Assembly (NCBI GenBank): GCA_002269645.1
Contig: NIVC01001013.1
Location: 123,142 to 187,141 of the forward strand
Reading direction: 5' to 3'
DNA from: Macrostomum lignano
Taxonomy: Eukaryota
DNA length: 64,000 nt
Shown: positions 48,031 through 61,172 of the stretch, in pieces
How the letters are laid out: each line of letters starts with the position of its first letter
Numbering within the stretch: the first letter of the stretch is position 1
Made by a program: the position numbers and the translations under genes
The notes under the pieces: generated by a model
Databases searched by the model: none
Told to the model about the DNA's origin: nothing
What the model saw: only the letters and a program-made list of their open reading frames with translations

Positions 48031-49678
48031 TCACCCTCTGTCTCTACCGGCTGACAAAGGGGTCTCTCTTGGTGTCTGCTGACTGTGCCGAGAAAACCGC
48101 GCCGACTTCAAGAAGGAGGTCAGCCTGGAGGACTTCAGAAATGAGGAAGCAGAGCCGGAGGCGGCGCCTCTCTGATTGTCCATCTCTGCGGGCAGCTGGG
48201 TGATCTCCAAATCGTCAGTAGAAGCGCACGGATTCGTTCCCAGAGCTCGTCGGATGACCGCGCTGCTGCCGGCACTGTCGCCGGTGTCTCCAAGCCGCGA
48301 GCAGCTGGCGGTCCGATCCGACGGTCCGCAGCCGCCGTCGCCGGTGCCGACACCGTTCTGGTGGTGCGTTTCAACGGCTGCGTAGCCTTGGCGGCGCAGG
48401 AGCTGCGACTGCTGCAGTAGCAGCTGCTTCGGCAGCCCGCTGCCGTCGGGCACGACCGTCTGGTGCGAATTGCCTCTGGCTGCCGCCACGTGGGCCAGCG
48501 GCAGAGTCTCGCGAATCAACAGCAGCAGGGGCTCGCTTTCGCTCAGCGACTTCAGCAGGGCCATGGCGCCTTCCATTGACCAGTCGGTCACGATGTGGCT
48601 ATTAATCTTCAGCACCTGGTCGCCGTCTTTCAGGCCGGCCCCGTGAGCCACCGTGCCAGCTTTCACAAAGTCAATGTAGAGTCCCTGAAATATTCGTTAG
48701 CGCACATGAAGTGGCTTCTCTTTATTATCACGCAAAATTGCATTTCATCAGGTCTTACGTCTGGCTTCTTCTGCAGCCTGAGGCCCAGCACTCCATTGTC
48801 CTTTTTCAGGCGCACTTCTCGAATTCTGGCCACAACAGCTCTGAAAATAATGTTTGATTGAAGGAGATGCTATAATTTGTGTTTTACTAGCGCTGAAGCA
48901 TCAACGAGTGCATGAGTCAGACCTGGGCTTGAACGCCAGCTTAACGCAAACGTCGCTCTGACGAATGATTTGCAGCACCTCCCGCGTCTTCAAGCCCTCC
49001 AGTCGGCGATCGTTGATTCTGACAATCTCGTCGCCGATTTTGAGGCCAGCGCAGGCCGCGACGGAATTGCGAACGACGTGCGTGATGTAAAATGCCTGCT
49101 ATGGTTGAAATTTGATGATCAATAAAGGCCAGACGGCTTTTGAGTCTCTTGACCTTTGTGTCTGATAAAATGTACTCTACAGACCGACGTACTAGCACAG
49201 ACCTCTTAGCTTTACTCCCCAGTCAACTGCTCCGTCAAACTCATTAATCTTTTCTCTGCCGCCAATCGCTCACCTCTCCAATGCTCTCCACCTTCATGCC
49301 GTACGGCTCTTCGTTATGCCGGCCAAGGCTGATCTCGCGAACCTCTTGAAAGGCGGCTGTCGCCTGGGGCAACAAAAAGCCATCGTGAACGCCGCCATTG
49401 ACTGTCACGAACGGGGCCGCGGCGGCTGAGTTTGATGTCGAGGGCAGCATCCCGGGTGAGTTTGCCAGCTGCTGCTCGGGATACGGCGGTGGCGGCGGCG
49501 ACGCTGAAGAAGCGGACGATGGCGTTCGACCTGGCCGGTGCTGCAGCTGCTGGCTCTTGTGCTGGACTTGCTGGTGCTCTGGCAACAGCTCAGCCCGCTG
49601 GGGCTGCTGTGAGCAGAGGGACGCGTTACGCTGGCGCCGATTCAATGCGGATCCCGGAGCAGCTCCCGCCGCGCCCGA

Positions 49679-49711
<33 letters not shown>

Positions 49712-49957
49712 TGCAGCGGACGAACTGGCCGGACTGGGCCTGGGAGAACTCGGAGCCGAGTAGCTGCGAGTGGCCTCCGCCTCCTGAAACAGAGACAGCG
49801 GAGCCAGAGTTGACATCGATGGCTTGGCAGCATCAGCGACTTCTGCTTCTGCGGCGGCCGCAGGGGCTGCCGTGGTTGCTCCAGCGAAGTGGAGCACAGT
49901 GCATCTGCCATCGTCGTCATCCTCCGAAGCGGAACCGTGGTCCTCGCAGAAGTACAT
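48031..49957 (-). CDS. Syntenin-like tandem-PDZ scaffold protein (at least 4 exons)
   Basis: Exons 49957-49274, 49098-48923, 48840-48759 and 48684-48031 have consistent phases (0, 2, 0). PDZ1: PYGMKVESIGEQAFYITHVVRNSVAACAGLKIGDEIVRIN. PDZ2: REVRLKKDNGVLGLRLQKKPDGLYIDFVKAGTVAHGAGLKDGDQVLKINSHIVTDWSME, resembling syntenin PDZ1. The 5' and 3' ends are uncertain. Confidence 0.83.
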
Positions 49958-51511
49958 CACGGCTGGATCCCTGGTGTCGCCCCCAACTAACTAGTTGTCA
50001 AGCGCTCCGCCATTACCGCTTCACTCCTAAGCTAACTTCTTGCCGGCTATTTGGAGAAGTTCAGTCGCAGCTGCAGCTTGAGGGCCTCCTGGGATGCACC
50101 GTGTCTGGAGTCGGCGCTGGCAGGTTGTGAGACGTCTGGCTGGACGGTGGCCGGGGACGGGGGCGCTGCTTAAGTACTTTGGCCGGGCTACTACGCTGTC
50201 CCGTCTTGCGCTAGGATCGGCACTACAGCTCCCTGCCCTATGCCAGTTCAGTGCTCTCCCTCAGGCCACCCCTCTCCCTCTCATCGCCGACCCACCCCCC
50301 TCTCCCGCCCTGTCCGTCGCTATTTTTACTTCTCTGCCCCTCCTCTCGGGGATGTGCAGAGCGGGTACAGCCAACAGGGGGGGGGGGGGTGAGGAGAACA
50401 GCGGCGGTCCAGGCTGGGGCAGTGGGGGAGGGAGAAGTGGCTGAGCTGATCCACTCTCTGCCGTCCTGGGGCAGCTGCTACGCGGAGACACGGAGTAAGG
50501 GGGGGGGCTACAAGAAATTTTGCTTGAGTGCTACTGCAGCAGTTGAAGGACTAGCGGGGAGCTTGCAGTTAGGGGGGGGGGCAGCTAAATGTGTGCTCAA
50601 CGTGTTCTTTCTCCACCTTCTTCTTAGCTACGATCTCAGCTATCACAATAATTGGAACGCCAAAGTCAAATTTGGACTCAGCTTTCGGACATAATGACCA
50701 GCGCTTGACAAAAAAAGCTGTTTAATAAATGGTTGCTAAGGAAACAGCTGACAGATGAAGCTTTTTCCTGAAAAAAAATATAGACCTGTTAAAAATTCGA
50801 ACGAGAGGTGTTGAAAAGCTTTGTGCATCGCTTTGTGCGGCCAGGCCCTCTGCTTAGCAATTTGCACCTGCAAGATCCGATTGCATGCCCCCGAGCAGAG
50901 CTGTCGTCAGGGCTGAAGCTAAAGAAAACATGGCGCGTCTTTTGCCGGCTCTCCACTGACATGCCTGGCTTCCTGACTTAGGGAGGCCACACGCTCTCTG
51001 ACGGCTGGTCAATGGCGGTTCCGATTTCTTTGGCCAGCTGCCAAATGCTGCGGAGTCACCGCTGGCTTAGGGTGGACAGGGGGAGTGAGGGAGAGAGATG
51101 AAGATGGGGAGACTGAGATTATTACGAGTACAGTCCTATTCTTATCGAGAAATCTACACCGCGTGTGTTCTCTCGCCTTTGTCTCGCTGGTGTGAATTGG
51201 CGAGACTGTCCACGAAGAGGATATTTTGTTGGCCAGATCCCATTGTGGGAGTACAGCGCGTGGTGGACTTTGGGATAGAGAGAAAGTCAGTTTGCTGCAG
51301 TGCTTGGCCGGACTGGTGCTTCTAAATAGATGGATAGGTGAATCCGCATCACCAACTCTCTTGCCAAGCTCTTTCTGTACGGCTTTCAGATTGCAAATCG
51401 CAGACGCGAAACTCCTCGTCAGCTGTTGACAGTAGCAGTTAACGCTTTTTTTAGATTTTTGTGTTGGTTTCGCTCCAGACTGAGAGCTTAATTTGTATCT
51501 TTAGTAACAGA

Positions 51512-52919
51512 GTGCTAGATTAGCAATCCATTTTATTACTACCCACATAGAGTGATGTAGATTAGCAATCCATTTTATTACTACCCATATAGAGTGATGT
51601 AGATTAGCAATCCATTTTATTACTACCCACATAGAGTGATGTAGATTAGCAATCCATTTTATTACTACCCATATAGAGTGATGTAGATTAGCAATCCATT
51701 TTATTACTACCCATATAGAGTGATGTAGATTAGCAATCCATTTTATTACTACCCATATAGAGTGATATAGATTAGCAATCCATTTTATTACTACCCATAT
51801 AGAGTGATATAGATTAGCAATCCATTTTATTACTACCCATATAGAGTGATATAGATTAGCAATCCATTTTATTACTACCCATATAGAGTGATATAGATTA
51901 GCAATCCATTTTATTACTACCCATATAGAGTGATATAGATTAGCAATCCATTTTATTACTACCCATATAGAGTGATGTAGATTAGCAATCCATTTTATTA
52001 CTACCCATATAGAGTGATGTAGATTAGCAATCCATTTTATTACTACCCATATAGAGTGATGTAGATTAGCAATCCATTTTATTACTACCCATATAGAGTG
52101 ATATAGATTAGCAATCCATTTTATTACTACCCATATAGAGTGATGTAGATTAGCAATCCATTTTATTACTACCCATATAGAGTGATGTAGATTAGCAATC
52201 CATTTTATTACTACCCATATAGAGTGATATAGATTAGCAATCCATTTTATTACTACCCATATAGAGGGATATAGATTAGCAATCCATTTTATTACTACCC
52301 ATATAGAGTGATATAGATTAGCAATCCATTTTATTACTACCCATATAGAGTGATGTAGATTAGCAATCCATTTTATTACTACCCATATAGAGTGATATAG
52401 ATTAGCAATCCATTTTATTACTACCCATATAGAGTGATGTAGATTAGCAATCCATTTTATTACTACCCATATAGAGTGATGTAGATTAGCAATCCATTTT
52501 ATTACTACCCATATAGAGTGATGTAGATTAGCAATCCATTTTATTACTACCCATATAGAGTGATGTAGATTAGCAATCCATTTTATTACTACCCATATAG
52601 AGTGATGTAGATTAGCAATCCATTTTATTACTACCCATATAGAGTGATGTAGATTAGCAATCCATTTTATTACTACCCATATAGAGTGATGTAGATTAGC
52701 AATCCATTTTATTACTACCCATATAGAGTGATGTAGATTAGCAATCCATTTTATTACTACCCATATAGAGGGATATAGATTAGCAATCCATTTTATTACT
52801 ACCCATATAGAGTGATGTAGATTAGCAATCCATTTTATTACTACCCATATAGAGGGATATAGATTAGCAATCCATTTTATTACTACCCATATAGAGTGAC
52901 GCAGATTAACAATCCATTT
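51512..52919. repeat. 42-bp satellite AGATTAGCAATCCATTTTATTACTACCCATATAGAGTGATGT, ~33 copies
   Basis: Highly homogeneous tandem array. Confidence 0.98.
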
Positions 52920-53634
52920 AATTCGTACACGTACAGAGGGATATTGAGGTATACGAGCATCGTATTGATATTATTGTTATTTTTATCCCTGAGTGTTTAC
53001 TAATCATGTGCAATAATATTTATAATTTGCCTGATTTCTATACCACTTGCTTTGGCAAAAGCAGCGACAACTCGCCACAGCAGAACTACCGATGCAATAA
53101 ATTTTGCTTTTTTCCTGAGCAGACAAAAGCAAAACTTGCTAGCCCGAGTGAACTCGCCCACAAGCAAAGGGTAGCAAAGGAAATGCCTGGCGGAAGCAGT
53201 GTCCAATGTTTTGCTGTCACTCTCGGCGCGGAAGAACTCTCAGGCAATGCGTGCCCCGCAAGCCCATTTGCCTCTGCCAGGCTTAGCGCCTTCCTCCCCT
53301 GGGTCTTCGCTTGTGGGCTTGTGGCAACAATGGCAAATTATTAATGAGGGTCATTATGGCATTAACAGACTATTCCCTTGAAAGAAAACAGATAGGAGCG
53401 GCTGCGGCGGCTGCTCCTCTTCATCTTCTTCCTTTTTTGTGCTTGAAGTTTGTTTTACTTCTACCGCCGCTGAAGAATTCCCTTGCAGCCTCATAGAGTG
53501 ACAAAAGAATTCCTTCCGTGTCAGCGCTGGGCATTGCGGAGCGCCAGAGCCAGATCGATTGGTCGATTATATCTCCATTCCAGGAAATCTATAGTAAATA
53601 TTCTCTCCGTATTGGATGCAGTTTATTAGCCATG

Positions 53635-54445
53635 TATGAGACGAGATCTTCACGAATGAGATAAGAGATCTTCACAAATAAGATGAGATCGTAACGAATC
53701 AGATGAAATCTTCACGAATCAAATGAGATCTTCATGAATCAAATGAGATCTTCATGAATCAAATGAGATCTTCATGAATCAAATGAGATCTTCATGAATC
53801 AGGAGAGATCTTAACGAATGAGATGAGAGATATCCACGAATGAGATGAGAGATCTTAACGAATGAGGAGAGATCTTAACAAATGAAGTGAGAGATCTTTA
53901 CGAATAAGGTGAGATCTGAACGAATGAGAAGAGAGATATTCACGAATGAGATGAGATCTCACGAATGAGGAGAGATCTTAACGAATGAGGAGAGATCTTA
54001 ACGAATGAAGTGAGATCTTTACGAATAAGGTGAGATCTTAACGAATGAAGTGAGAGACCTTCACGAATGAGATGAGAGATATTCACGAATGAGATGAAAG
54101 ATCTCACGAATGAGGAGAGATCTTAACGAATGAGGTGAGATCTTTACGAATAAGGTGAGATCTTAACGAATGAGGAGAAATCTTAACAAATGAGGAGAGA
54201 TCTTAACGAATGAGGATAGATCTTAACGAATGAGATGAGAAATATTCAAGAATGAGGTGAGAGATCTTCACGATCAGATGAGATCTTCACGAATGAGGTG
54301 AGATCTTAACGAAGCAGATGAGAGATCTTCACGAATCAGATGAGAGATCTTCACGAATCAGATGAGAGATCTTCACGAATCGGATGAGAGATCTTCACGA
54401 ATCAGATGAGAGATCTTGACGAATGAGATGAGAGATCCTCGCGAA
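53635..54445. repeat. Degenerate ~20-22-bp minisatellite (GAGATCTTCACGAATGAGAT-like)
   Basis: Repeated GAGATCTT(C/A)ACGAAT cores. Confidence 0.9.
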
Positions 54446-54926
54446 TGAACCGAGAACCCCCATTGTGGGGAGGAGATTCTGTTAATTTCTGCACTAATTG
54501 CGCTACAGCCGAATTTCTACCAGACAGCCGACTTGCAGCTGAGCTCATGTAATCAATATTTACAACTAATCCAAATGGCATAGCAATTGTGACCGCCCAT
54601 TTTCCAGATATTGGCATAGCCTATACAATGAGCAGTTTTTAAGGCTTGTGTACCGGTAAAATGAATGACTAAAAATTGTCCTGGAAGGGGTTTGGGGTAG
54701 GGGGTGGGCCGCATTAAATTGGTAAGCCCCCATATTGTGCAGGTTAGTCAGTAATAAATCCTAGCAGGGCGATGCTGCTGGTATTCAATACAATTGCCTG
54801 ACAAGGAATAGTATGTATACTCATTATTGTGACGCTAATCGGATTCTGCCTTCAAAAACTATGCTTATTATCTAAGCGATGGAGTGCCAGTAATGCAGGA
54901 TCAACGCTCGTACTTTATTTTCTTTT

Positions 54927-55292
54927 ATTCACGGGACTGGACCTCAGTTAACCAACCAATTAATGAGGTCCAGTCCCGTAAATGAGGTCCAGTCCTGTGA
55001 ATGAGGTTCAGTCCCGTGAATAAGGTTCAGTCCCGTGAATGAGGTCCAGTCCAGTGAATGAATGAATGAGGTCCAGTCCCGTGAATGAGGTCCAGTCCAG
55101 TGAATGAATGGTGTCCAGTCCCGTGAATGAGGTCCAGTCCCGTGAATGAGGTTCAGTCCCTTGAATGAGGTCTAGTCCAGTGAATGAGGTCTAGTCCCTT
55201 GAATAGTGTCCAGTCCCGTGAATAGTGTCCAGTCCCGTGAATAGTGTCCAGTCCCGTGAATAGTGTCCAGTCCCGTGAATGAGGTCCAGTCC
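54927..55292. repeat. 19-bp tandem repeat GAATGAGGTCCAGTCCCGT (~17 copies) preceded by one inverted unit
   Basis: Array at 54962-55292. ATTCACGGGACTGGACCTCA at 54927-54946 is the reverse complement of the unit. Confidence 0.92.
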
Positions 55293-55410
55293 CAGGAATG
55301 AAATCTGTCACTTTTTGTTCCCAATAAATGAGGCTCCCAGACAACTCAGAATTCTCCTAAATTGAAAGAGGCCCATTTCATTCCGAACTCAGTATTTTAT
55401 CTCAGCCTCC

Positions 55411-56200
55411 CTAGCGAACTCGCACCTGCCTCACTCGAGCCCGAAACAGCTGGAACAGCCGGTCGGAAGCGGTCCGCGGCCTGTCAACAGCCACTTCCGG
55501 CGCCTCCGCCAGCTCGTCGCCGTCGCTATCGGAAGTTTCCGGCTGAGGTCGCACCCGCTGCTTCTTGCAGGTGAACACGGAGCTCAGGCGGCTGTGCAGG
55601 TGCTGATGAAGCTGATGATGCTGACCGCTCAGGACGCGAGCGGGAGACCCGAGCGGGCTGTAGGGCGAGCTCATTGCCTTAATATATGACCGAACTCTGT
55701 GACTCGCCTGTCGCCTGTCTCTATGTTCGCTATAAAGTCTTTGCACGGCAGCAAGTGGCCAAGGGATTTAAGCAGGTATATATTCCCCAAATAGATGCTC
55801 CCGGGGATAAATAAAGCAAGGGGAAGAGAATAAAGCTGGGGAATACGGGGTGGTTGGGGTTTAGAAGCTGATGGGAAGCGACTGTGCAGAAATCGGGAAA
55901 CTTTACCGCTGAGTGGCCGGAGTGCCTGGGGTGTGTCTGGGTGGACGCGGAAAGCAGAGATGGCCTCCCACCCGGAGTGGTTGGGCGGATGCAGGAGAGA
56001 GGCTGGAAGGCATGCTCGCAAATATTCATGCCAGCGCTGGTATAAGCTGGAAAGAAGAGTTTGGGTCAACTTTGCTCCCAGGTCAGGCCGCTGGATGCGG
56101 GACTCGAAATCGACCAACAGCAGCAGCAGCAGCTCAGGCTTGCCCAGGTGTCTGAAGATTCTGACTGAGCTCAGTGAGGGAGAAAGGCGGGAAGCAGCAA
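55411..56200 (-). CDS. Putative exons of an unidentified minus-strand gene
   Basis: GC-rich open segments MSSPYSPLGSPARVLSGQHHQLHQHLHSRLSSVF...SDRLFQLFRAR followed by donor-like gtgagg, and LSSVRIFRHLGKPELLLLLVDFESRIQRPDLGAKLTQTLLSSLYQRWHEYLRACL. No family recognised. Confidence 0.35.
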
Positions 56201-57197
56201 GGGGAAGAGATAACTGGGGAAGGGGACGGGATGCAGGCCAACAACAATGGCGTCAGTCCCAAGGCACCCGTACTCCCTGTCAGCCACTCTTTAATTGAAC
56301 TCGTAAATCTTCCAGGCAAAAGAAGACGACGGGGAAAGAGTGAGAGACGCTTCATTCGTGTCAGAAACTGTACCAAACAGTGAACCTTTAAAGCCCAAGC
56401 TGCTAGTGGATATTGCTTAATTCTGTTTGCAATTAACTAGCCAATGTACAGCAAAGAAGGAACTTGGTTTCTTTCAATCGAAATATCGATCGTTCGTTTT
56501 TTTCGGTTCAACATCAAACTGTCCCGAGACTGGCTGGGGGGGGGGGCACTGGCTGCCGGGCCGTAGCTGCAGCAGGCGACACAGAATTTTAATTGACTTT
56601 CCCGGCTTCTGAGGCCGCAGACTCGGCCAATGAATCGCAATTGGATTTCCAGAACTGCATGGGGGCCCGGACTCCCGGATCTTCATTTCTCAAATCCGTC
56701 GCAGCTCCGGCGATGTCGCAACCCCCGCTCCGGATCAAATTAATTCGTGCCCGTCTCCAATTTTTTGGCTCTTCCATTTCCCCATTCTCAAACTCTGCGG
56801 GGTCGAACGACTCTGCAGCGATGCCCCATCCATCCTACGCGTTCTGATCATTTCGAGAATCGGGGAACTAAGTTGGCTAGGTCTCCCAGTGCGAGCACAG
56901 AGAGTGAAGCAAAGCTCAATGATTCTCCGGCTTTTGAAGACTGACTGCCGAGCAAAGGGAACGACCGCGGGTGCAAGGGGATTTCATCAATCAGTCATTG
57001 AGTGCCGGATGCGCAACTGCAGCTAAAATTTGGCTTCACGATAATCAAGGACCAATAGGTAGGAAGTTATCTATTCAACATTCTAACTATCACGAAGACC
57101 TGTTTCTTTCCCTAATAACTTTCCAGTGAAATTTCAGCTGTTCCGATCTTTGTTTGTGTATTTTTAGACGGATTTTATTGATCGAATTTGTCTATAG

Positions 57198-57640
57198 CAG
57201 GGGTCGGCAAACTCTGTGGGCCACATGCGGCCTCTCTATCCTGCCCTCGGGTAATTTGAACCTTCACAATTGTAATCCAGTCCGCTAAAGTTTTGTCGCT
57301 TCTCAGCTCTCTTCTCTCTCCTCTCCTCCCCTCTCCTCTCCCCCCTCCTCTCCCCTCTCCTCTCCCCCCTCTCTCTCCCACTCCTCCCCTCTCCTCTCCC
57401 TCCTCTCTCCTCTCTCCCCCTCCTCTCTCCTCTCCTCCCCTCTCCTCTCCCCTCCTCCCCTCTCCTCTCCCCTCTCTCTCCCCCCTCCTCCCCTCTCCTC
57501 TCCCCTCTCCTCTCCACCCTCCTCTCTCCTCTCCTCCCCTCTCCTCTCCCCTCTCCTCTCCCCCTCCTCTCTCCTCTCCTCCCCTCTCCTCTTCCCTCCT
57601 GCCCTCTCCTCTCCCCTCTCTCTCCCCCTCCTCCTCTCAC
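57198..57640 (+). mobile_element. hAT-Charlie-like 5' terminus followed by a CT-rich low-complexity tract (57295-57640)
   Basis: CAGGGGTCGGCAAACT...GGGCCACATGCGGCC is a typical Charlie-type end. No matching right TIR was found. Confidence 0.5.
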
Positions 57641-58313
57641 GACAGAACTCGCAGAGTCAGTTGCAGAACCCACCAGGCATTGCACAATTGGCTGCTTTTG
57701 TCCCGGCCGCTCGGATGTGATGCCCCCAAGCGAGCACAGGAAGCGCAGCAGCTGAGCAACTCTGTCACTGTTCTATCGAAGGACACAGACAGACAGACAG
57801 ACAGACACTAGCCTCAGACTCAGTGCGAACCAGTCCCAAGTATTTTGTAGCCTAAACTTAGCTAATTATCTATTGCCAATCATTGACAGGCGCTAAATTT
57901 GCTACTGCCAAATTAAGTAGGCAGGGATGCGTGTGATCCTCCTCTTACATGGGCAAAAAACCACTGTTGAAGTATCAAAGCTGTATTTCCGTATATTTCT
58001 ATAGTTCCGTACTCGTACACACGCTCACACAACACAGGGGGGGGGGTTAAATAAGCGCGCAAGACATTAGCGCGCATGTGCATTTTTTACAATATTTGAT
58101 ATAAGCGCGCACAGGCAGAAGCGCGCAAACGCGGCTGTGACGCAGGCGCGCAGACAATTTTGACGGTAGTGACACAAGCGCGCAGACAATCGAGGGCTTC
58201 ATCTGTTCCCACGACTGGCTCCATTATCAAACTATTCAGTCGAGTGACATCGGATAAGAGTACAAAAAAGCCACACACACACACAATCCCTCTTCATCGT
58301 AGATTTTGTTAGG

Positions 58314-58777
58314 ACCACAGATACTAAAATAATAGATGGGCCACACAGGCATACATACTATTACTAAAACAGCTTTCTACTTTCAGTTCAGTAGCAAAGA
58401 AGAATACATAAGCTATTTTATAAAAATGAAGGCAGCTGAAATAACTTTGATAAGTTTAGATAGAAGCCCACAAAGCTTGCAGGCGTAAACAACTTGCTAA
58501 TTGGTTCAAGCAATAATGTACATTAGACAGTCCACTGAAATGTACATGGCCGCCTTAGGCTGGAATTCCTAAAAAGGCAATAAAAAATGGGGCGGGGCGG
58601 GGGTAGTGTGGAAAGGGGCGGTTGGAGGCTTAAGTGAGCCAAGTGAGTTAGAGCCAATAAATGAGCCTTGACTTTAAAATACATTAAAATGCTTCCGTTT
58701 AACTTGCTACTGAACTTAAAAGTAGCTTACACGCAAATGTGCTGAGTGGCCCATCTAGTTATTCTAGAATCTGTGGT
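58314..58777. mobile_element. MITE with long degenerate TIRs
   Basis: ACCACAGATACTAAAATAATAGATGGGCCAC matches the reverse complement of GTGGCCCATCTAGTTATTCTAGAATCTGTGGT. A further IR pair is TTCAGTAGCAA / TTGCTACTGAA. TAGG flanks both ends. Confidence 0.7.
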
Positions 58778-59682
58778 TAGGACCACTAAAGAAGTACATC
58801 ACCTGACTGACAAGCGCCCCTCTTATCTAGCCTCACATTTTAGACGCGTGGCCTCGAGAATATTCTGTATTCACTGGAACTGAACACAATAGAGAGGAGG
58901 GGTGGGAAGCTGGTCTGCCCCTCGAAGATCGGGAAAGTTTAGTAAGAAAATTCGACTTCTCAAATTCGGCCTTGACTTATTGATAGTCAAACATGTACGA
59001 ACATGTACAGGAACTTCACTTTCGCTTGAGTGAACACACACACGCACACATTAGCTCATTTTGCTTGTGTCTTAAAACAAAATGACTAAACCTATTTTAA
59101 ATCTTGCCGAATGCAGTGAGACAGCGATTGGTGCCGGTGCTCGGGAGCGGCAGGGTATTCTCCCTTCTATTGGCAGGTCCCTACAGTGACTGCGCGCGGC
59201 TCTCAAATCGGGCGATTACCAATTCGTCACATGAGATTAGGGAATCCCGGTCGGTCCTTCTGAGCAGCTTTGAGCCATTGCTTGGGGATAATCCACAACT
59301 GAGCTCTCCCGCCTACCCCCCCCCCAGCTCTAATTCCCAGGAATTGGATCACGCAAACATTTTGAAATCTGCAACTATGCATGCCTCGCGGGCTCTTAAA
59401 GTGCATTCACTCGCTCACTCGCTCACAGCGAGAATGCGTTTTGACAATTCAATTGAGAGCAGTTTCTGAGATTCCTGTAGCACTGCTTGAGAGCTAGCTG
59501 GAGTGCATTGTTATTTGCACTGTGTGAGGGCAGTCCAGTACTATGGGTCACCAAGTATGCTCTTTATTGTTTTGGATCTTAATAGTACTTTGCCCTTCTA
59601 ATGCTCCGAGTTCGGCAAGTCGATTGATTCTACATCCGCTCACTTCATGGCCCTTGAAATTATTTGACCACTCCTCAGGAAC

Positions 59683-61172
59683 TAGACTAGCAATCCATTC
59701 TTATTGCTTTACTCATTGGATAGATTAGCAATCCATTATTACTGCTTTACTCATTGGATAGATTAGCAATCCATTATTATTGCTTTACTCATTGGATAGA
59801 TTAGCAATCCATTATTATTGCTTTACCCATTGGATAGATTAGCAATCCATTATTATTGCTTTACTCATTGGATAGATTAGCAATCCATTATTATTGCTTT
59901 ACCCATTGGATAGATTAGCAATCCATTATTACTGCTTTACTCATTGGATAGATTAGCATTCCATTCTTATTGCTTTACTCATTGGATAGATTAGCAATCC
60001 ATTATTATTGCTTTACCCATTGGATAGATTAGCAATCCATTATTATTGCTTTACTCATTGGATAGATTAGCAATCCATTATTATTGCTTTACCCATTGGA
60101 TAGATTAGCAATCCATTATTACTGCTTTACTCATTGGATAGATTAGCAATCCATTATTATTGCTTTACCCATTGGATAGATTAGCAATCCATTATTATTG
60201 CTTTACTCATTGGATAGATTAGCAATCCATTATTATTGCTTTACCCATTGGATAGATTAGCAATCCATTATTATTGCTTTACTCATTGGATAGATTAGCA
60301 ATCCATTCTTATTGCTTTACTCATTGGATAGATTAGCAATCCATTATTATTGCTTTACTCATTGGATAGATTAGCAATCCATTATTATTGCTTTACTCAT
60401 TGGATAGATTAGCAATCCATTATTATTGCTTTACCCATTGGATAGATTAGCAATCCATTATTATTGCTTTACTCATTGGATAGATTAGCAATCCATTCTT
60501 ATTGCTTTACTCATTGGATAGATTAGCAATCCATTCTTATTGCTTTACTCATTGGATAGACTAGCAATCCATTATTATTGCTTTACTCATTGGATAGATT
60601 AGCAATCCATTATTATTGCTTTACTCATTGGATAGACTAGCAATCCATTATTATTGCTTTACTCATTGGATAGATTAGCAATCCATTATTATTGCTTTAC
60701 TCATTGGATAGACTAGCAATCCATTATTATTGCTTTACTCATTGGATAGATTAGCAATCCATTCTTATTGCTTTACTCATTGGATAGATTAGCAATCCAT
60801 TATTATTGCTTTACTCACTGGATAGATTAGCAATCCATTCTTATTGCTTTACTCATTGGATAGATTAGCAATCCATTCTTATTGCTTTACTCATTGGATA
60901 GATTAGCAATCCATTCTTATTGCTTTACTCATTGGATAGATTAGAAATCCATTCTTATTGCTTTACTCATTGGATAGACTAGCAATCCATTATTATTGCT
61001 TTACTCATTGGATAGATTAGCAATCCATTCTTATTGCTTTACTCATTGGATAGACTAGCAATCCATTATTATTGCTTTACTCATTGGATAGATTAGCAAT
61101 CCATTCTTATTGCTTTACTCATTGGATAGATTAGAAATCCATTCTATTCCTTTATTCATTAGATAGATTAGC
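59683..61172. repeat. 38-bp satellite AGATTAGCAATCCATTATTATTGCTTTACTCATTGGAT, ~39 copies
   Basis: Tandem array with a few recurrent variants. Confidence 0.98.

Noticed and set aside
57236-57811. Pro/Leu/Ser-rich and Gly/Arg/Glu-rich ORFs (likewise 3739-4029, 28396-28689, 46699-46978)
   Set aside because: These are simple-sequence artefacts.
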